From Gammaproteobacteria bacterium (GTDB lineage Bacteria > Pseudomonadota > Gammaproteobacteria > Eutrophobiales > Eutrophobiaceae), in NCBI GenBank assembly GCA_965238225.1, contig OZ250183.1, forward strand, positions 1 to 64,000: 64,000 nt of DNA, given 5' to 3'. The position numbers and the translations under genes were made by a program. Within the stretch, counting starts at the first letter, position 1; each line of letters opens with the position of its first letter. This document shows positions 41,554 through 52,082 of the stretch, piece by piece. Under the pieces are notes generated by a model that had not been told where the DNA came from, made no database searches, and saw nothing but the letters and a program-made list of their open reading frames with translations.

Positions 41554-42228
41554 ATGAAGTTTCCCTTTTCAATTGCTCACAATATAGCCTACAGGTGCAT
41601 TGTCTTAATGTTTGTTCTGTTTGGCCTCTTTCTTGTCAATGTACAGGCGAAAACTGTCTATATAACAGACAGTCTGTTTATCGGGCTACATAAAGGGCGA
41701 TCCATAGACAGTGAAATTTTAAAGGTTCTCCCCACAGGAACCGCTTTAGAAGTCATTAAACGTGATGGTAATTTTGTAAATGTACGTGATACAGAAGGAA
41801 CCACTGGTTGGATCAACAATTATCATATCATAAGCCATGATCCAAAAAAAAATATGAGTCTGAATAAAAGCTCTGAGCAATCGAAAATTAAGGAACTAAA
41901 AGCCCAATTAAAAAACATAAAGACACAATGGCAAAAATCTGATACGCAGCCAATCACAGATCCAGAAGAAACAAACAGATTAAAAAATGATAACAAAAGC
42001 CTTGAAAATAGCGTTAAACAGCTTACAGAAACTAACGCCCAAATGAAAAATGAGATAAGCATTTTACAAAAAACCAATAAAACAAACGGAGCTGATACAG
42101 ATATTTACAAACTACCCTATGCAGTGATTTTTTCAGTAATTTCACTACTGCTTTTGCTTGGTTTTCTATTTGGCATCATCTTCATAAACTGGCGCAGAAA
42201 ACGCCGTTATAGCGGACTCAGATTTTAA
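41554..42228 (+). CDS. SH3-domain membrane protein (YgiM-like)
   Basis: Signal peptide, YITD..L..G..LEV...GW SH3b domain, coiled coil, C-terminal TM and basic tail. Confidence 0.75.
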   Translation: MKFPFSIAHNIAYRCIVLMFVLFGLFLVNVQAKTVYITDSLFIGLHKGRSIDSEILKVLPTGTALEVIKRDGNFVNVRDTEGTTGWINNYHIISHDPKKNMSLNKSSEQSKIKELKAQLKNIKTQWQKSDTQPITDPEETNRLKNDNKSLENSVKQLTETNAQMKNEISILQKTNKTNGADTDIYKLPYAVIFSVISLLLLLGFLFGIIFINWRRKRRYSGLRF

Positions 42229-42280
42229 ATCTTCGCATGCTGCAATCATAAATCAATATTGACCAATGGTTTAAATCAGC

Positions 42281-43051
42281 ATGTTCCGCATAGCAACATG
42301 GAATGTAAATTCTCTGCGTGTGCGATTACCGCACGTACTACAATGGCTTGAATCAGAACAACCTGATGTGCTCGCTTTACAAGAGACAAAGTTAACAGAT
42401 GAAAATTTTCCAATAGAAGATATTCTGCATGCTGGGTATCATGCTAGTTTCAGCGGTCAAAAAACTTATAATGGGGTTGCAACACTCAGTAAAATAGAAG
42501 CGGCTAATATCGTCACTGACTTTCCAGACTTCATCAGCCCGCAAAGACGCATTCTTTCTACTAACATAAATAATATCACTATACTTAACCTATATATTCC
42601 TAACGGATCCGAAGTCAACTCAGAGAAGTATCATTACAAGCTTAAGTGGTTAGATCATTTACACAAGTTTACTGAGTCACTTGTCAATAAGTATGAAAAC
42701 GTGATTTTATTGGGTGATTTTAATATTGCGCCAGATGATCGTGATGTGCACAATCCAGTCGCTTGGAATGGAAAAATATTAGTGAGCCAACCTGAAAGAG
42801 ATGCTTTTCAGTCGCTTTTGAAACAGAGCCTTGTTGATTGTTTCAGAATATTTGAGCAAGAAGAAAATGACTTTTCCTGGTGGGATTACCGTGCAGGCAG
42901 CTTTCAGCGTAACCATGGTTTGCGTATTGACCATATACTGGCGACTGATACGCTTTCTGATCTGTGCACAACGTGTCATATCGATAAAACGCCTAGAGGT
43001 CGTGAACGACCTTCCGATCACACGCCCGTGATTGCTGAATTTGATATCTAA
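42281..43051 (+). CDS. xth: exodeoxyribonuclease III
   Basis: ATWNVNS, LQETK, YNGVA, GDFNIAP, GLRIDH, SDH. Confidence 0.95.
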   Translation: MFRIATWNVNSLRVRLPHVLQWLESEQPDVLALQETKLTDENFPIEDILHAGYHASFSGQKTYNGVATLSKIEAANIVTDFPDFISPQRRILSTNINNITILNLYIPNGSEVNSEKYHYKLKWLDHLHKFTESLVNKYENVILLGDFNIAPDDRDVHNPVAWNGKILVSQPERDAFQSLLKQSLVDCFRIFEQEENDFSWWDYRAGSFQRNHGLRIDHILATDTLSDLCTTCHIDKTPRGRERPSDHTPVIAEFDI

Positions 43052-43215
43052 AAGAAGTGTAGCGTTAGACTCAAACAAAAATTTCTTGCCTGAACTCTTC
43101 ATTTTTACTAGACTCCTCCCCCTATACTTTGCGCGATCTTAAGTTTGTGTGGCAAACCTGAAAATAGAATGAATTTGATAAATTGATGAAAAAATCACTA
43201 TGAATATTAAGCGCT

Positions 43216-43416
43216 ATGAAAACTGAAATACATCCCGCATACGAAGAAATTGATGTCAAATGTAACTGTGGCAATACATTTAAAACTAAATCTACATTAA
43301 AAGATGCGCTGCATCTTGATGTCTGCTCAGAATGCCATCCATTCTATACTGGCAAACAAAAAATGCTTGATACATCTGGTCGCGTTGATAAATTCAACAA
43401 AAAATATGGGATGTGA
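43216..43416 (+). CDS. rpmE: 50S ribosomal protein L31 (zinc-binding type)
   Basis: [22 protein letters not shown]. Confidence 0.97.
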   Translation: MKTEIHPAYEEIDVKCNCGNTFKTKSTLKDALHLDVCSECHPFYTGKQKMLDTSGRVDKFNKKYGM

Positions 43417-43713
43417 ACAATAAATAATACTGTTTCTTTTCAATACAATAAAAGACACCCAATACTGGCGTTTTTTTATTGCTTCGCTTTTATCTATATT
43501 TCTTAATCGATCAAACTAAAAACATAGTCTTGCGGTCTTAGCTCATCCCATGAACTTGTATAAATTATTGCAAGTCATATTTGAAAAAATATTATCAAAT
43601 AAATCCTGCAAAAACTACCGATTCCAGCTAGGAAAAACTGAAGTTAGCTGATTTTCTTAAGCTAATTTATAACTTTTCACAGATAAACTATTGCTGCGAT
43701 TAACAATCAAATA

Positions 43714-43927
43714 TTATCCACAATTTCTGTGGGTAACTCTGTGGATGATACGAGTGTAGTGTGCTCAAAATGGCTTAAATATTACCTTTGTAACAAATCT
43801 GTTATTTTTTAACCGATTTAAATATTATTATTAATATCAATTAGTTACAATAAAATTGTAGCGCATAGCTATTTTTTATTGGCTGAATCAATAAGAAGAG
43901 CGCAATTGACGCAGGCGTTGTGCATAA
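43714..43927. promoter_or_regulatory. DnaA-box cluster
   Basis: TTATCCACA 43714-43722, TGTGGGTAA 43728-43736, TGTGGATGA 43740-43748, TGTGCATAA 43919-43927. Confidence 0.7.
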
Positions 43928-44014
43928 ATTGTTTCTAAAACCTTTGAAATTCACCCTGTTGCTAGATAATCTTACTAGTCAAGCTTGATTCTTAAGCTTA
44001 TTAAAAATAATGAT

Positions 44015-44611
44015 TTATGCGTAACCAAACCACCTGTCAAGCACTGTCCTTGCCTCCTCTGCGCCTGTCTTTTTCAAGGCTGAAAATAGCTGAATCGACA
44101 CTAGATCATCAGCAATACGCTCTTTAAGCGTGTGTAATAAAGACATCCCTGCGCCACGAGATAATTTATCTGATTTATTCAGTAAAATGTGTGTAGGCAA
44201 ACGGCAATCAAGCGACCAGTCAAACATCTGCTGATCCTCAGGTTTAAATGGATGCCGAATATCCATGATCAAAATCAGACCTGATAATGCATTTCTTTCC
44301 TGAAAATACCTATTCAGTGTTATCCCCCAATGCTTGCGCATGGCGACAGAAACTCTTGCATAGCCATATCCTGGTAGATCAACTAGGCAGCGCTCATCAT
44401 CTAGAACAAAGACGTTCATCTGCTGGGTTCGTCCAGGTGTCTTGCTGATACGCGCCAGCTGCGAATTTTCTGTAATCACATTCAGTACGCTGGATTTGCC
44501 GGCATTAGACCTCCCGGCAATCGCAACCTCAGTACTTATACCCTCAGGTAATTGCCTGACTTCATGTGCCCCCACAAGGAATGTGCTTTTGTTATAGTTG
44601 TTTTTTGACAA
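44015..44611 (-). CDS. yihA: ribosome biogenesis GTPase YihA/EngB
   Basis: GRSNAGKSS, TPGRT, DLPGYG, NKSDK, FSA. Confidence 0.95.
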   Translation of the reverse strand: MSKNNYNKSTFLVGAHEVRQLPEGISTEVAIAGRSNAGKSSVLNVITENSQLARISKTPGRTQQMNVFVLDDERCLVDLPGYGYARVSVAMRKHWGITLNRYFQERNALSGLILIMDIRHPFKPEDQQMFDWSLDCRLPTHILLNKSDKLSRGAGMSLLHTLKERIADDLVSIQLFSALKKTGAEEARTVLDRWFGYA

Positions 44612-44780
44612 ATTCGTGCCCCCAAAGACAATAATAGTACACGTACATGCTTATATTGAGTAAAATACACCCTTCAACAATTAAATCTATTTTTATAAAG
44701 ATAGGCACACGATAAATTAATGTGTAGTAGCGTCCAAGAAGAAAAATAACATTACATTCTCTTAAGGTTAGACAATCATC

Positions 44781-45389
44781 ATGAAACTCATTATGCAGCA
44801 GGCACTAGCATCAATATTTTTATTCATTGTCTCTTGCAATATTTATGCTGGTAACGTCGCCGCAGGTAAAGAAAAATCAAAAATATGTGCGGCTTGTCAT
44901 GGAGCCGATGGCAATAGCGTCAATCCCATTTGGCCTAAGCTGGCAGGCCAGCATCCAGGATATATCTTTAGACAACTTAAAGATTTTCGCTCTGGTGCAC
45001 GCAAAAATATTCAGATGAGCCCTCTTGCTGCCTCACTCAGTGAAGAAGATATGCAGGATATTGCCGCCTATTATTCTTCACAGAAAATAAAGATTGGATA
45101 CGCCAGTGCCGATACACTAGTCCTCGGTGAAAAAATTTATCGTGCAGGAGATGCCAGTAAAGGACTTCCAGCATGCATGGCTTGTCATGGCCCCAATGGT
45201 GCAGGTAATTTGCTAGCGTCCTTCCCAGCTGTTGGTGGCCAACATGCCGAATACACCAAAGTACAATTACTGAATTTTCGAGACAACAAACGTACTAACG
45301 ATATCAATAAGGCTATGCAAATTATCTCTGAAAGAATGACCACACATGAGATTGATGCCGTTGCCAATTATATTCAGGGTTTGCATTAA
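44781..45389 (+). CDS. diheme cytochrome c4
   Basis: Signal peptide, CAACH and CMACH; conserved yihA/c4/dsbA order. Confidence 0.92.
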   Translation: MKLIMQQALASIFLFIVSCNIYAGNVAAGKEKSKICAACHGADGNSVNPIWPKLAGQHPGYIFRQLKDFRSGARKNIQMSPLAASLSEEDMQDIAAYYSSQKIKIGYASADTLVLGEKIYRAGDASKGLPACMACHGPNGAGNLLASFPAVGGQHAEYTKVQLLNFRDNKRTNDINKAMQIISERMTTHEIDAVANYIQGLH

Positions 45390-45423
45390 GTTTTTTATAT
45401 TTTACTTTTGCTAAACACATTAT

Positions 45424-45449
45424 CTAGACTTACTTTAAAGTAAGTCTAG
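45424..45449. repeat. perfect 26-bp palindrome
   Basis: CTAGACTTACTTTAAAGTAAGTCTAG equals its own reverse complement. Confidence 0.85.
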
Positions 45450-45655
45450 GCATTAATTGTCTGGTTAAATTACGCTGCTTAGTTATATATGTGTATGACC
45501 GAAGGCTGGAAAGATGTGCTTACGGCATGGTGGTCTGCTATCGGTTTGTTCGTTACGTTAAATTTGCTTTTTCGGTGTTAATATGTTTTTGTCTGGGTTA
45601 CATTCTACGGTGAACTGTAACTCATCTCTCATTGATTTAACGAATCTTTAATAAA

Positions 45656-46414
45656 ATGAATAAAAAATCATCTTGGATACGATTTGCCAGTATTTTCCTG
45701 CTTGTTGCTCTAAGCTTGCTCTCAGCTTGTTCTGATGCTGAAGAAAATACATCTAAAAACAAAATTGAGGCAGCTCCTGCTGTAAAAGATCAAACCGTAA
45801 TAACAAATAAAATTAAAGAAACGGAAGCTAAAGAAACAAAGCTAGTGCTGCAAGATGTTATAGGTCTCTATAAAGAACTTGACACTCCACAAGCTACAAA
45901 AATAGATAATAAAATAGAAATCATAGAGGTCTTCTGGTATGGCTGCTCGCACTGCTATAATTTTGAACCATACCTTGATAAATGGCTTGAAGAAAAGGCT
46001 GAATATATAGAATTTATACGTATACCAGGTATTCTGAACAAAAACTGGCTGCCTCACGCCAGAGCTTTTTATGTAGCAAAGAAATTAGACATCTTGGAGA
46101 AGATTCACAGACCTTTGTTTGATGCGATACATAAAGATAAAAGAGCAATCCTTGATGAGAAAAGCCTTAAAACATTTTTTTCCGAACATGGTGTCAGTGG
46201 TAATACGTTTCAACAAGCCTATCAATCAAAAGAAGTTGAAGAAAACATCAAAAAAGCCTTCAAGAAAGGGCGTGATTATGTGCTAACAGGTGTTCCAACC
46301 ATCATCATTAATGGCAAGTATACGACAAGTGCATCAATAGCAGGTAGCTTTGAGAAAATTATTGTTGTGATAAATACTCTGGCAGCAAAAGAATATAAGG
46401 AATTGTCTGATTAA
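45656..46414 (+). CDS. dsbA: thiol:disulfide interchange protein DsbA (lipoprotein-type N-terminus)
   Basis: LSAC lipobox, FWYGCSHC, GVPT, NGKY. Confidence 0.88.
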   Translation: MNKKSSWIRFASIFLLVALSLLSACSDAEENTSKNKIEAAPAVKDQTVITNKIKETEAKETKLVLQDVIGLYKELDTPQATKIDNKIEIIEVFWYGCSHCYNFEPYLDKWLEEKAEYIEFIRIPGILNKNWLPHARAFYVAKKLDILEKIHRPLFDAIHKDKRAILDEKSLKTFFSEHGVSGNTFQQAYQSKEVEENIKKAFKKGRDYVLTGVPTIIINGKYTTSASIAGSFEKIIVVINTLAAKEYKELSD

Positions 46415-46585
46415 ATTTTCAATATATAAATCAATATTGATATAAGCTTAAGGGTTCTTTTCATAAGATGAAAAATATCGCCATATTCAGGCGGAATATT
46501 TAAGCGCGGTTTTCAATAAAGATATCGTCAAAAAGCCGTTTGCCGAGGACTTCCTGTTTTATTTATTTTTCTTTACGATAAATCA

Positions 46586-47245
46586 TTATAAAAGTATCTT
46601 CTGCAACCATTTTGAAATATCCGCCACCTCTTCGGCACATACACTGTGCTGCATGGGATATGTTTTATAGTCAACACTATATCCCTTTTCTTTTAAAGCT
46701 TTGCAGGAATTTTTTCCTAAAAATTCTGGAACAACTGGATCCATAGTGCCATGATAAATCTGAATAGGTAATGTCTTGTTTTCCTGACTGGGTATAATTG
46801 ATTCACTGGTCGCGAAATATGTCGACATTGCCAATAGACCTGCAAGCGGCTTAGGGTAAGTTAAAGACGTTTGATACCCCACAGCACCACCCTGTGAAAA
46901 ACCAGTAATCACAATACGTGAGCTATCTATGCCGCGCTCTATCTCTCTATCTATCAAGACTCCTATATTTTCAGAAGCGATTAGCAATCGTTCTTCATCA
47001 ATTTTTTTCTCAATACTCATATCTAGGATGTCATACCACGCTGGCATTACCATGCCATTATTAATAGTGACAGGTATCGATGGCGCATGAGGAAAGACAA
47101 AACGAATGGTTGCATCATCTGGCAATCCTAGCTCTGAAATAATAGGCTCAAAATCATGCCCGTTTGCGCCCAAACCATGCAGCCAGATAACGCTGGCATC
47201 GGCAGGCGATTTAGACTCTACTTCAACACAAGGTAAATAATCCAT
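46586..47245 (-). CDS. carboxylesterase / phospholipase (alpha/beta hydrolase)
   Basis: WLHGLGA, AWYD, GFSQG, HGTMD, MQHS. Confidence 0.9.
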   Translation of the reverse strand: MDYLPCVEVESKSPADASVIWLHGLGANGHDFEPIISELGLPDDATIRFVFPHAPSIPVTINNGMVMPAWYDILDMSIEKKIDEERLLIASENIGVLIDREIERGIDSSRIVITGFSQGGAVGYQTSLTYPKPLAGLLAMSTYFATSESIIPSQENKTLPIQIYHGTMDPVVPEFLGKNSCKALKEKGYSVDYKTYPMQHSVCAEEVADISKWLQKILL

Positions 47246-47350
47246 AAAAAATAATATTCTCCTTAAGATTAATGAGGTAGCATGAACTCTTTATATTCTG
47301 CCTGTCTTAGAAAAACAACTATTAATGATATATAGTAGAATGATAATCTA

Positions 47351-47965
47351 ATGCAATATATTTTACCTGCTTCTATCTTGAGTTTGCTTGCAATGGCTTT
47401 GATCACATCGGTTTCCAAAGCAGATGTTACTACTACTGAGAATACAGCTGTTGCCACATTTGCCGGTGGTTGCTTTTGGTGTATGGAGCCTCCTTTCGAC
47501 AAGCTAAAAGGCGTTATTTCCACTACCTCTGGTTATACGGGCGGACATACAAAAAACCCGACCTACAAGCAAACGTCAACAGGCAAGACTGGTCACACAG
47601 AGGCCGTCCAAATCGTCTATGACCCAAAGCAAGTAAATTACGAGAAATTACTCGATGTCTTTTGGAGTAATATTGATCCAACCACACCAGATCGACAATT
47701 TTGTGATCGAGGCAATCAATATCGATCTGAGATTTTTTATAATGACGATAATCAAAAACAACTGGCAATGTCATCAAAAGCTGCACTACAAAAAAATAAG
47801 CCTTTCAAGGAACCTATCGTCACTCCGATAAGCGAAGCATCAACATTTTATGCTGCGGAGGATTACCATCAGGATTACTACAAGAAAAATCCGATTCGCT
47901 ACAGATATTACAGATACGGTTGTGGCAGAGACAAACGACTGGAACAGCTATGGGGTGAAAATTGA
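47351..47965 (+). CDS. msrA: peptide-methionine (S)-S-oxide reductase with signal peptide
   Basis: GGCFWC, GHTEAV, AEDYHQDYY. Confidence 0.95.
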   Translation: MQYILPASILSLLAMALITSVSKADVTTTENTAVATFAGGCFWCMEPPFDKLKGVISTTSGYTGGHTKNPTYKQTSTGKTGHTEAVQIVYDPKQVNYEKLLDVFWSNIDPTTPDRQFCDRGNQYRSEIFYNDDNQKQLAMSSKAALQKNKPFKEPIVTPISEASTFYAAEDYHQDYYKKNPIRYRYYRYGCGRDKRLEQLWGEN

Positions 47966-47975
47966 CATCAGGATT

Positions 47976-48983
47976 TTAGAATAATAAATATTCAAAAAAT
48001 GTATCACTCCAGTCTGCGCGTCTATCTAGTACAAAACGCGTCAATTCTTTTAAAAGAATACCTGAATTGATGTGCAGCTCATTATACTCAGGGATGTTAA
48101 TCTCTCTTAATTCGTCCAGTGACACAGGATTAGCTTCGACCAAAGCCTTGCGGACTGCGGGCGAGTTAATTTTTTCCATGAAAACTTCATAAGCATCTAT
48201 TAATAAATTAAATCCATTATCATTATTTAACATATATACCTTTTCAATCCTTTGCATAGGCGTCAGTGTAAGATGTTCGCGCAACCAAGAAATTTTATCT
48301 TGCTTCTCTTTACTGCATTCTCCTAATAGGAAAATCAGTGCGGCAAACATAGGAATTCGGCTGTTGCGTAATTTTGCATTACGCATATGCCAGCTATCAG
48401 TTGGGTCATTTGTTAAATCAAATTGATGCCACGCACAATAGGATCTGAAATAGCGAATCAAGTCGTTGAGCAGATAAACCCATTCCTTTTCCTGATCATG
48501 TATCAAAAAACCTGCTGCGTAGCGTTCCAATAAACCTTGAATCAAATCCTGAAAATTTTCTGCGCCATAAACTGGTTTTGCATCAAGCAATATCTGCATA
48601 CGCTTGCCAAATATATTTTTATCATCGGCAATCATTCCTAAAGTACCATGATCGCAAATTTGACTATGGCTCACAGGAGCCACATAAATACCGCTTGATT
48701 TTGGCAAAGGTATTCCAAGTGGCGAAAGTGCAGTCCACACTGCCTGCATGGCTTTTTGGCAACGTGCAGGATCACACGCCGCTTCATCATCGATCAGTAC
48801 AATTAAATCACAATCAGAATGCGCCATCCCTTCAAGACGACCCAGAGAACCAGAAACAGCGACAACTGACACATCTGGCGCAAAGTTTGCCAGTGGTAGC
48901 AGGCAAGCATTCATTTTCTGCAGAATGTTATTAGACCAGTTATGTGCGTATGCCAGTGTTGGATGTCTTTTGGGGGAAATCAT
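47976..48983 (-). CDS. Pol-beta superfamily nucleotidyltransferase-domain protein
   Basis: VSGSLGRLEGMAHSDCDL fits GS-x-DxD; C-terminal helical region YLLNDLIRYFRS..RNAKLRNSR. Confidence 0.65.
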   Translation of the reverse strand: MISPKRHPTLAYAHNWSNNILQKMNACLLPLANFAPDVSVVAVSGSLGRLEGMAHSDCDLIVLIDDEAACDPARCQKAMQAVWTALSPLGIPLPKSSGIYVAPVSHSQICDHGTLGMIADDKNIFGKRMQILLDAKPVYGAENFQDLIQGLLERYAAGFLIHDQEKEWVYLLNDLIRYFRSYCAWHQFDLTNDPTDSWHMRNAKLRNSRIPMFAALIFLLGECSKEKQDKISWLREHLTLTPMQRIEKVYMLNNDNGFNLLIDAYEVFMEKINSPAVRKALVEANPVSLDELREINIPEYNELHINSGILLKELTRFVLDRRADWSDTFFEYLLF

Positions 48984-49207
48984 GGCTTATAAATCAATAA
49001 TTTTCCATGTCTTTACTTATGTGCCAACTTAATATGTGCCTATTCAAGGGTATATCCAAGTTTAGCGGGATATTTAGCTGGCGCAATGCGCATAGAAAGA
49101 TCAGAATAACATCGTGTTTATGCTGCTGCGGTACAATAATGAAAGTCTAACTGCAGGGGCTTAATAGATACTTTTTTAATCTTCTGTTCCTTTTGTTTTT
49201 ATGATGC

Positions 49208-50620
49208 CTAGGATCGGCGCTTTTGCGTCCATTGCACTGCCATATTTGTTGCTCTGTTTATTTGAGAGATAGTCATGTTCTTAGCAAGATAATCTCTATT
49301 TTCTGCTCCGACCGCAAGACCATTTCCCGCTGCAATATTGAAGAATGTGTGTGCCAATACAACATCCTGAGCAATTCCTGCGCCATTGGCATACATCACC
49401 CCTAAGTTGTATTGTGCTTGAGCAAGCCCTTGTTGTGCTGCTTGTTTGTACCAGTACGCCGCCTTCCCAGCATTCTGGACAACGCCGTCTCCATGTTCAT
49501 GTATCACCCCTAAATTATATTGTGCCTTAGCATAGTCTTGTTGTGCTGCTTTTTTATACCACAGAATTGCCTGCCTGTTATTCTCGGGCACGCCTTTTCC
49601 ATGGTCATATATAAAACCTAGATTATATTGTGCCTTAGCATAGTCTTGTTGTGCTGCTTTTTTAAACCAGTGAATTGCCTGCTTGGCATCTTGAGGCACG
49701 TCTTGTCCTTTGACATACATCAATCCTAGATTGAATTGTGCTTCAGCATCTCCTTGTTGTGCTGCTTTTTTATACCACACAAATGCTTGACTGGTATCTT
49801 GAGACATACCTTTTTCTTTAGCATGCAGCAAGCCTAGATTATATTGCGCCTTGGCATCTCCTTGTTGTGCTGCTTTTTCATACCAATACACTGCTTTTTT
49901 AGTATCTTTAGGAATACCTTGTCCTCCCTGGTACATCACCCCTAGATTGTATTGTGCTTGAGCAAGCCCTTGTTGTGCTGCTTTTTTAAACCAATACGCT
50001 GCCTGCTTTTTATCTTGGGGCACGCCTTGTCCTTTGGCATATATAAATCCTAGATCGAATTGTGCAACGGCAAATCCTTGTTTGGCGGCTTCTTTAAACC
50101 ACTTAACTGCCTGACTAACATCTTGGGGCACGCCTTGTCCTTTGGCATACATCAGCCCTAAACTGTATTGTGCTTTAACATCTCCTTGTTTGGCGGCTTT
50201 TTTAAACCACTTAACTGCCTGACTAACATCTTGGGGCACGCCTTGTCCTTTGGCATACATCAGCCCTAGATTGTGTTGTGCACCAACAAGCTCTTGTTGC
50301 GCTGCTTTTTTCCACCACACAAATGCCTTTTTGTCATCTTGGGGCACGCCTTGTCCTTTGACATACATAAAACCTAAATTGTATTGTGCCTGAGCGAGCC
50401 CTTGTTGTGCTGCTTTTTCGTACCAATACGCTGCCTTTTTGTCATCCTTAGGAATACCTTTTCCATAGTGATACATCACCCCTAGATTGTGTTGTGCATA
50501 AAAATCGCCTTGTTTTGCTTGTGCTGTACATTCACGAAAGTCTATGCATTCCCCGGCATTTGCCAAGGGGGCAAGTGCCAGCAATAAAATGATATTAATA
50601 ATGTAGATAAGTTTTTTCAT
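49208..50620 (-). CDS. secreted Sel1-repeat protein, 11 repeats
   Basis: Signal peptide; 36-aa AQYNLG.MY..G.GV.QD...A..W..KAAQQG repeats. Confidence 0.95.
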   Translation of the reverse strand: MKKLIYIINIILLLALAPLANAGECIDFRECTAQAKQGDFYAQHNLGVMYHYGKGIPKDDKKAAYWYEKAAQQGLAQAQYNLGFMYVKGQGVPQDDKKAFVWWKKAAQQELVGAQHNLGLMYAKGQGVPQDVSQAVKWFKKAAKQGDVKAQYSLGLMYAKGQGVPQDVSQAVKWFKEAAKQGFAVAQFDLGFIYAKGQGVPQDKKQAAYWFKKAAQQGLAQAQYNLGVMYQGGQGIPKDTKKAVYWYEKAAQQGDAKAQYNLGLLHAKEKGMSQDTSQAFVWYKKAAQQGDAEAQFNLGLMYVKGQDVPQDAKQAIHWFKKAAQQDYAKAQYNLGFIYDHGKGVPENNRQAILWYKKAAQQDYAKAQYNLGVIHEHGDGVVQNAGKAAYWYKQAAQQGLAQAQYNLGVMYANGAGIAQDVVLAHTFFNIAAGNGLAVGAENRDYLAKNMTISQINRATNMAVQWTQKRRS

Positions 50621-50783
50621 TATGTTGTGTTTTATTCTATATCCTTTTGTGTCTTCTTAATTTACAGTAATACTTTTGGTACTATTATCTTACAGCAGGT
50701 AATAAATATAAAAAATTATGCTTATTGCTTATTTTTTGATCTCATTGCTTTGTTTGATCTTCCTTGTTTTTTCCTTCTGACCA

Positions 50784-52082
50784 TCAGTGCTTAGAGAGCC
50801 ATTGCCTTTCTAAATCTTCTGCCTGTTCTATCTGAGAGGCAGTCATGTGCTTTATAATAAGGGCTTTATGCTCTCTTCCGGCTGCAAGACCATTTGTCCC
50901 TGCAATATTGAAAAACATATGTGCCATTACAAAGTCTTGAGGCACACCTTTGCCATTTTTGTACATCACTCCTAAATTGTATTGTGCCCTAGAAAATCCT
51001 TGTTGTGCTGCTTTCTTAAACCAGTAAATTGCCTGCTTGGCATCTTGAGGCACGTCTTGTCCTTTCTGATACATCACCCCTAGATTGGATTGTGCTTCAG
51101 AAAACCCTTGTTGTGCTGCTCTTTTAAACCACTTAACTGCCTGCCTAGCATCTTTAGACACGCCTTGTCCTTTCTGATACATCACCCCTAAAATGAATTG
51201 GGCATCGGCATGCCCTTGTTGTGCTGCTTGTTTGTACCAGTGAATTGCCTGCTTGGCATCTTGAGGCACGCCTTGCCCATAGTGATGCATGAACCCTAGA
51301 TTGTATTGTGCTTTAACAAGCCCTTGTTGTGCTGCTTTTTCATACCAATACACCGCTTTTTTGGCATTCTGAACAACACCATCTCCTTTGTCATACATCA
51401 CCCCTAAAATGATTTGGGCATCGACATGCCCTTGCTGTGCTGCTTTTTTATACCAATGCGCTGCCTTTTTGTCGTCTTTAGGAATACCTTTTCCATAGTG
51501 ATACATAAGCCCTAGATTGTATTGTGCTTTAGCATGCCCTTGTTGTGCTGCTTTTTTATACCAATGCGCTGCCTTCTTGGCATTCTGGACAACACCATCT
51601 CCTTTGTCATACATCACCCCTAAGCTGTGTTGTGCATTAGCATAGTCTTGTTGTGCTGCTTTTTTATACCATAGAACTGCCTGCCTGTTATTCTCGGGCA
51701 CACCTTTTCCATGGTGATACATAAACCCTAAATTGTATTGTGCTTTAGCATGCCCTTGTTGTGCTGCTTTTTCATACCAATGCGCTGCCCTTTTATTATT
51801 TCGAGGTATGCTGTGTCCTTTGACATACATAAACCCTAAATTGTATTGTGCTTTAGCATGCCCTTGTTGTGCTGCTTTTTCATACCAATGCGCTGCCTTT
51901 TTGTCGTCTTTAGGAATACCTTTTCCATAGTGATACATAAGCCCTAGATTGTGTTGTGCATAAGCATCACCTTGCTCTGATTTTGTCTTACATTCATAAA
52001 AGTCTGCACACTCGCTGGCATTTGCCAAGGGCATAAATGCTGACAATAAAATGATACTAATGATGTAGGTGAGTTTTTTCAT
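50784..52082 (-). CDS. secreted Sel1-repeat protein, 10 repeats
   Basis: Same architecture; N-terminus and upstream DNA paralogous to 49208-50620. Confidence 0.95.
   Translation of the reverse strand: MKKLTYIISIILLSAFMPLANASECADFYECKTKSEQGDAYAQHNLGLMYHYGKGIPKDDKKAAHWYEKAAQQGHAKAQYNLGFMYVKGHSIPRNNKRAAHWYEKAAQQGHAKAQYNLGFMYHHGKGVPENNRQAVLWYKKAAQQDYANAQHSLGVMYDKGDGVVQNAKKAAHWYKKAAQQGHAKAQYNLGLMYHYGKGIPKDDKKAAHWYKKAAQQGHVDAQIILGVMYDKGDGVVQNAKKAVYWYEKAAQQGLVKAQYNLGFMHHYGQGVPQDAKQAIHWYKQAAQQGHADAQFILGVMYQKGQGVSKDARQAVKWFKRAAQQGFSEAQSNLGVMYQKGQDVPQDAKQAIYWFKKAAQQGFSRAQYNLGVMYKNGKGVPQDFVMAHMFFNIAGTNGLAAGREHKALIIKHMTASQIEQAEDLERQWLSKH

Noticed and set aside
43417-44014. Chromosomal origin oriC
   Set aside because: Only about four boxes, no dnaA/gidA/parAB context, and no evident DUE repeats or GATC clustering; kept only as a DnaA-box cluster.
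49208-52082. Regular 108-bp periodicity resembling a CRISPR or DNA repeat array
   Set aside because: It is coding Sel1 repeat structure in open frames; there is no repeat-spacer pattern and no cas genes.
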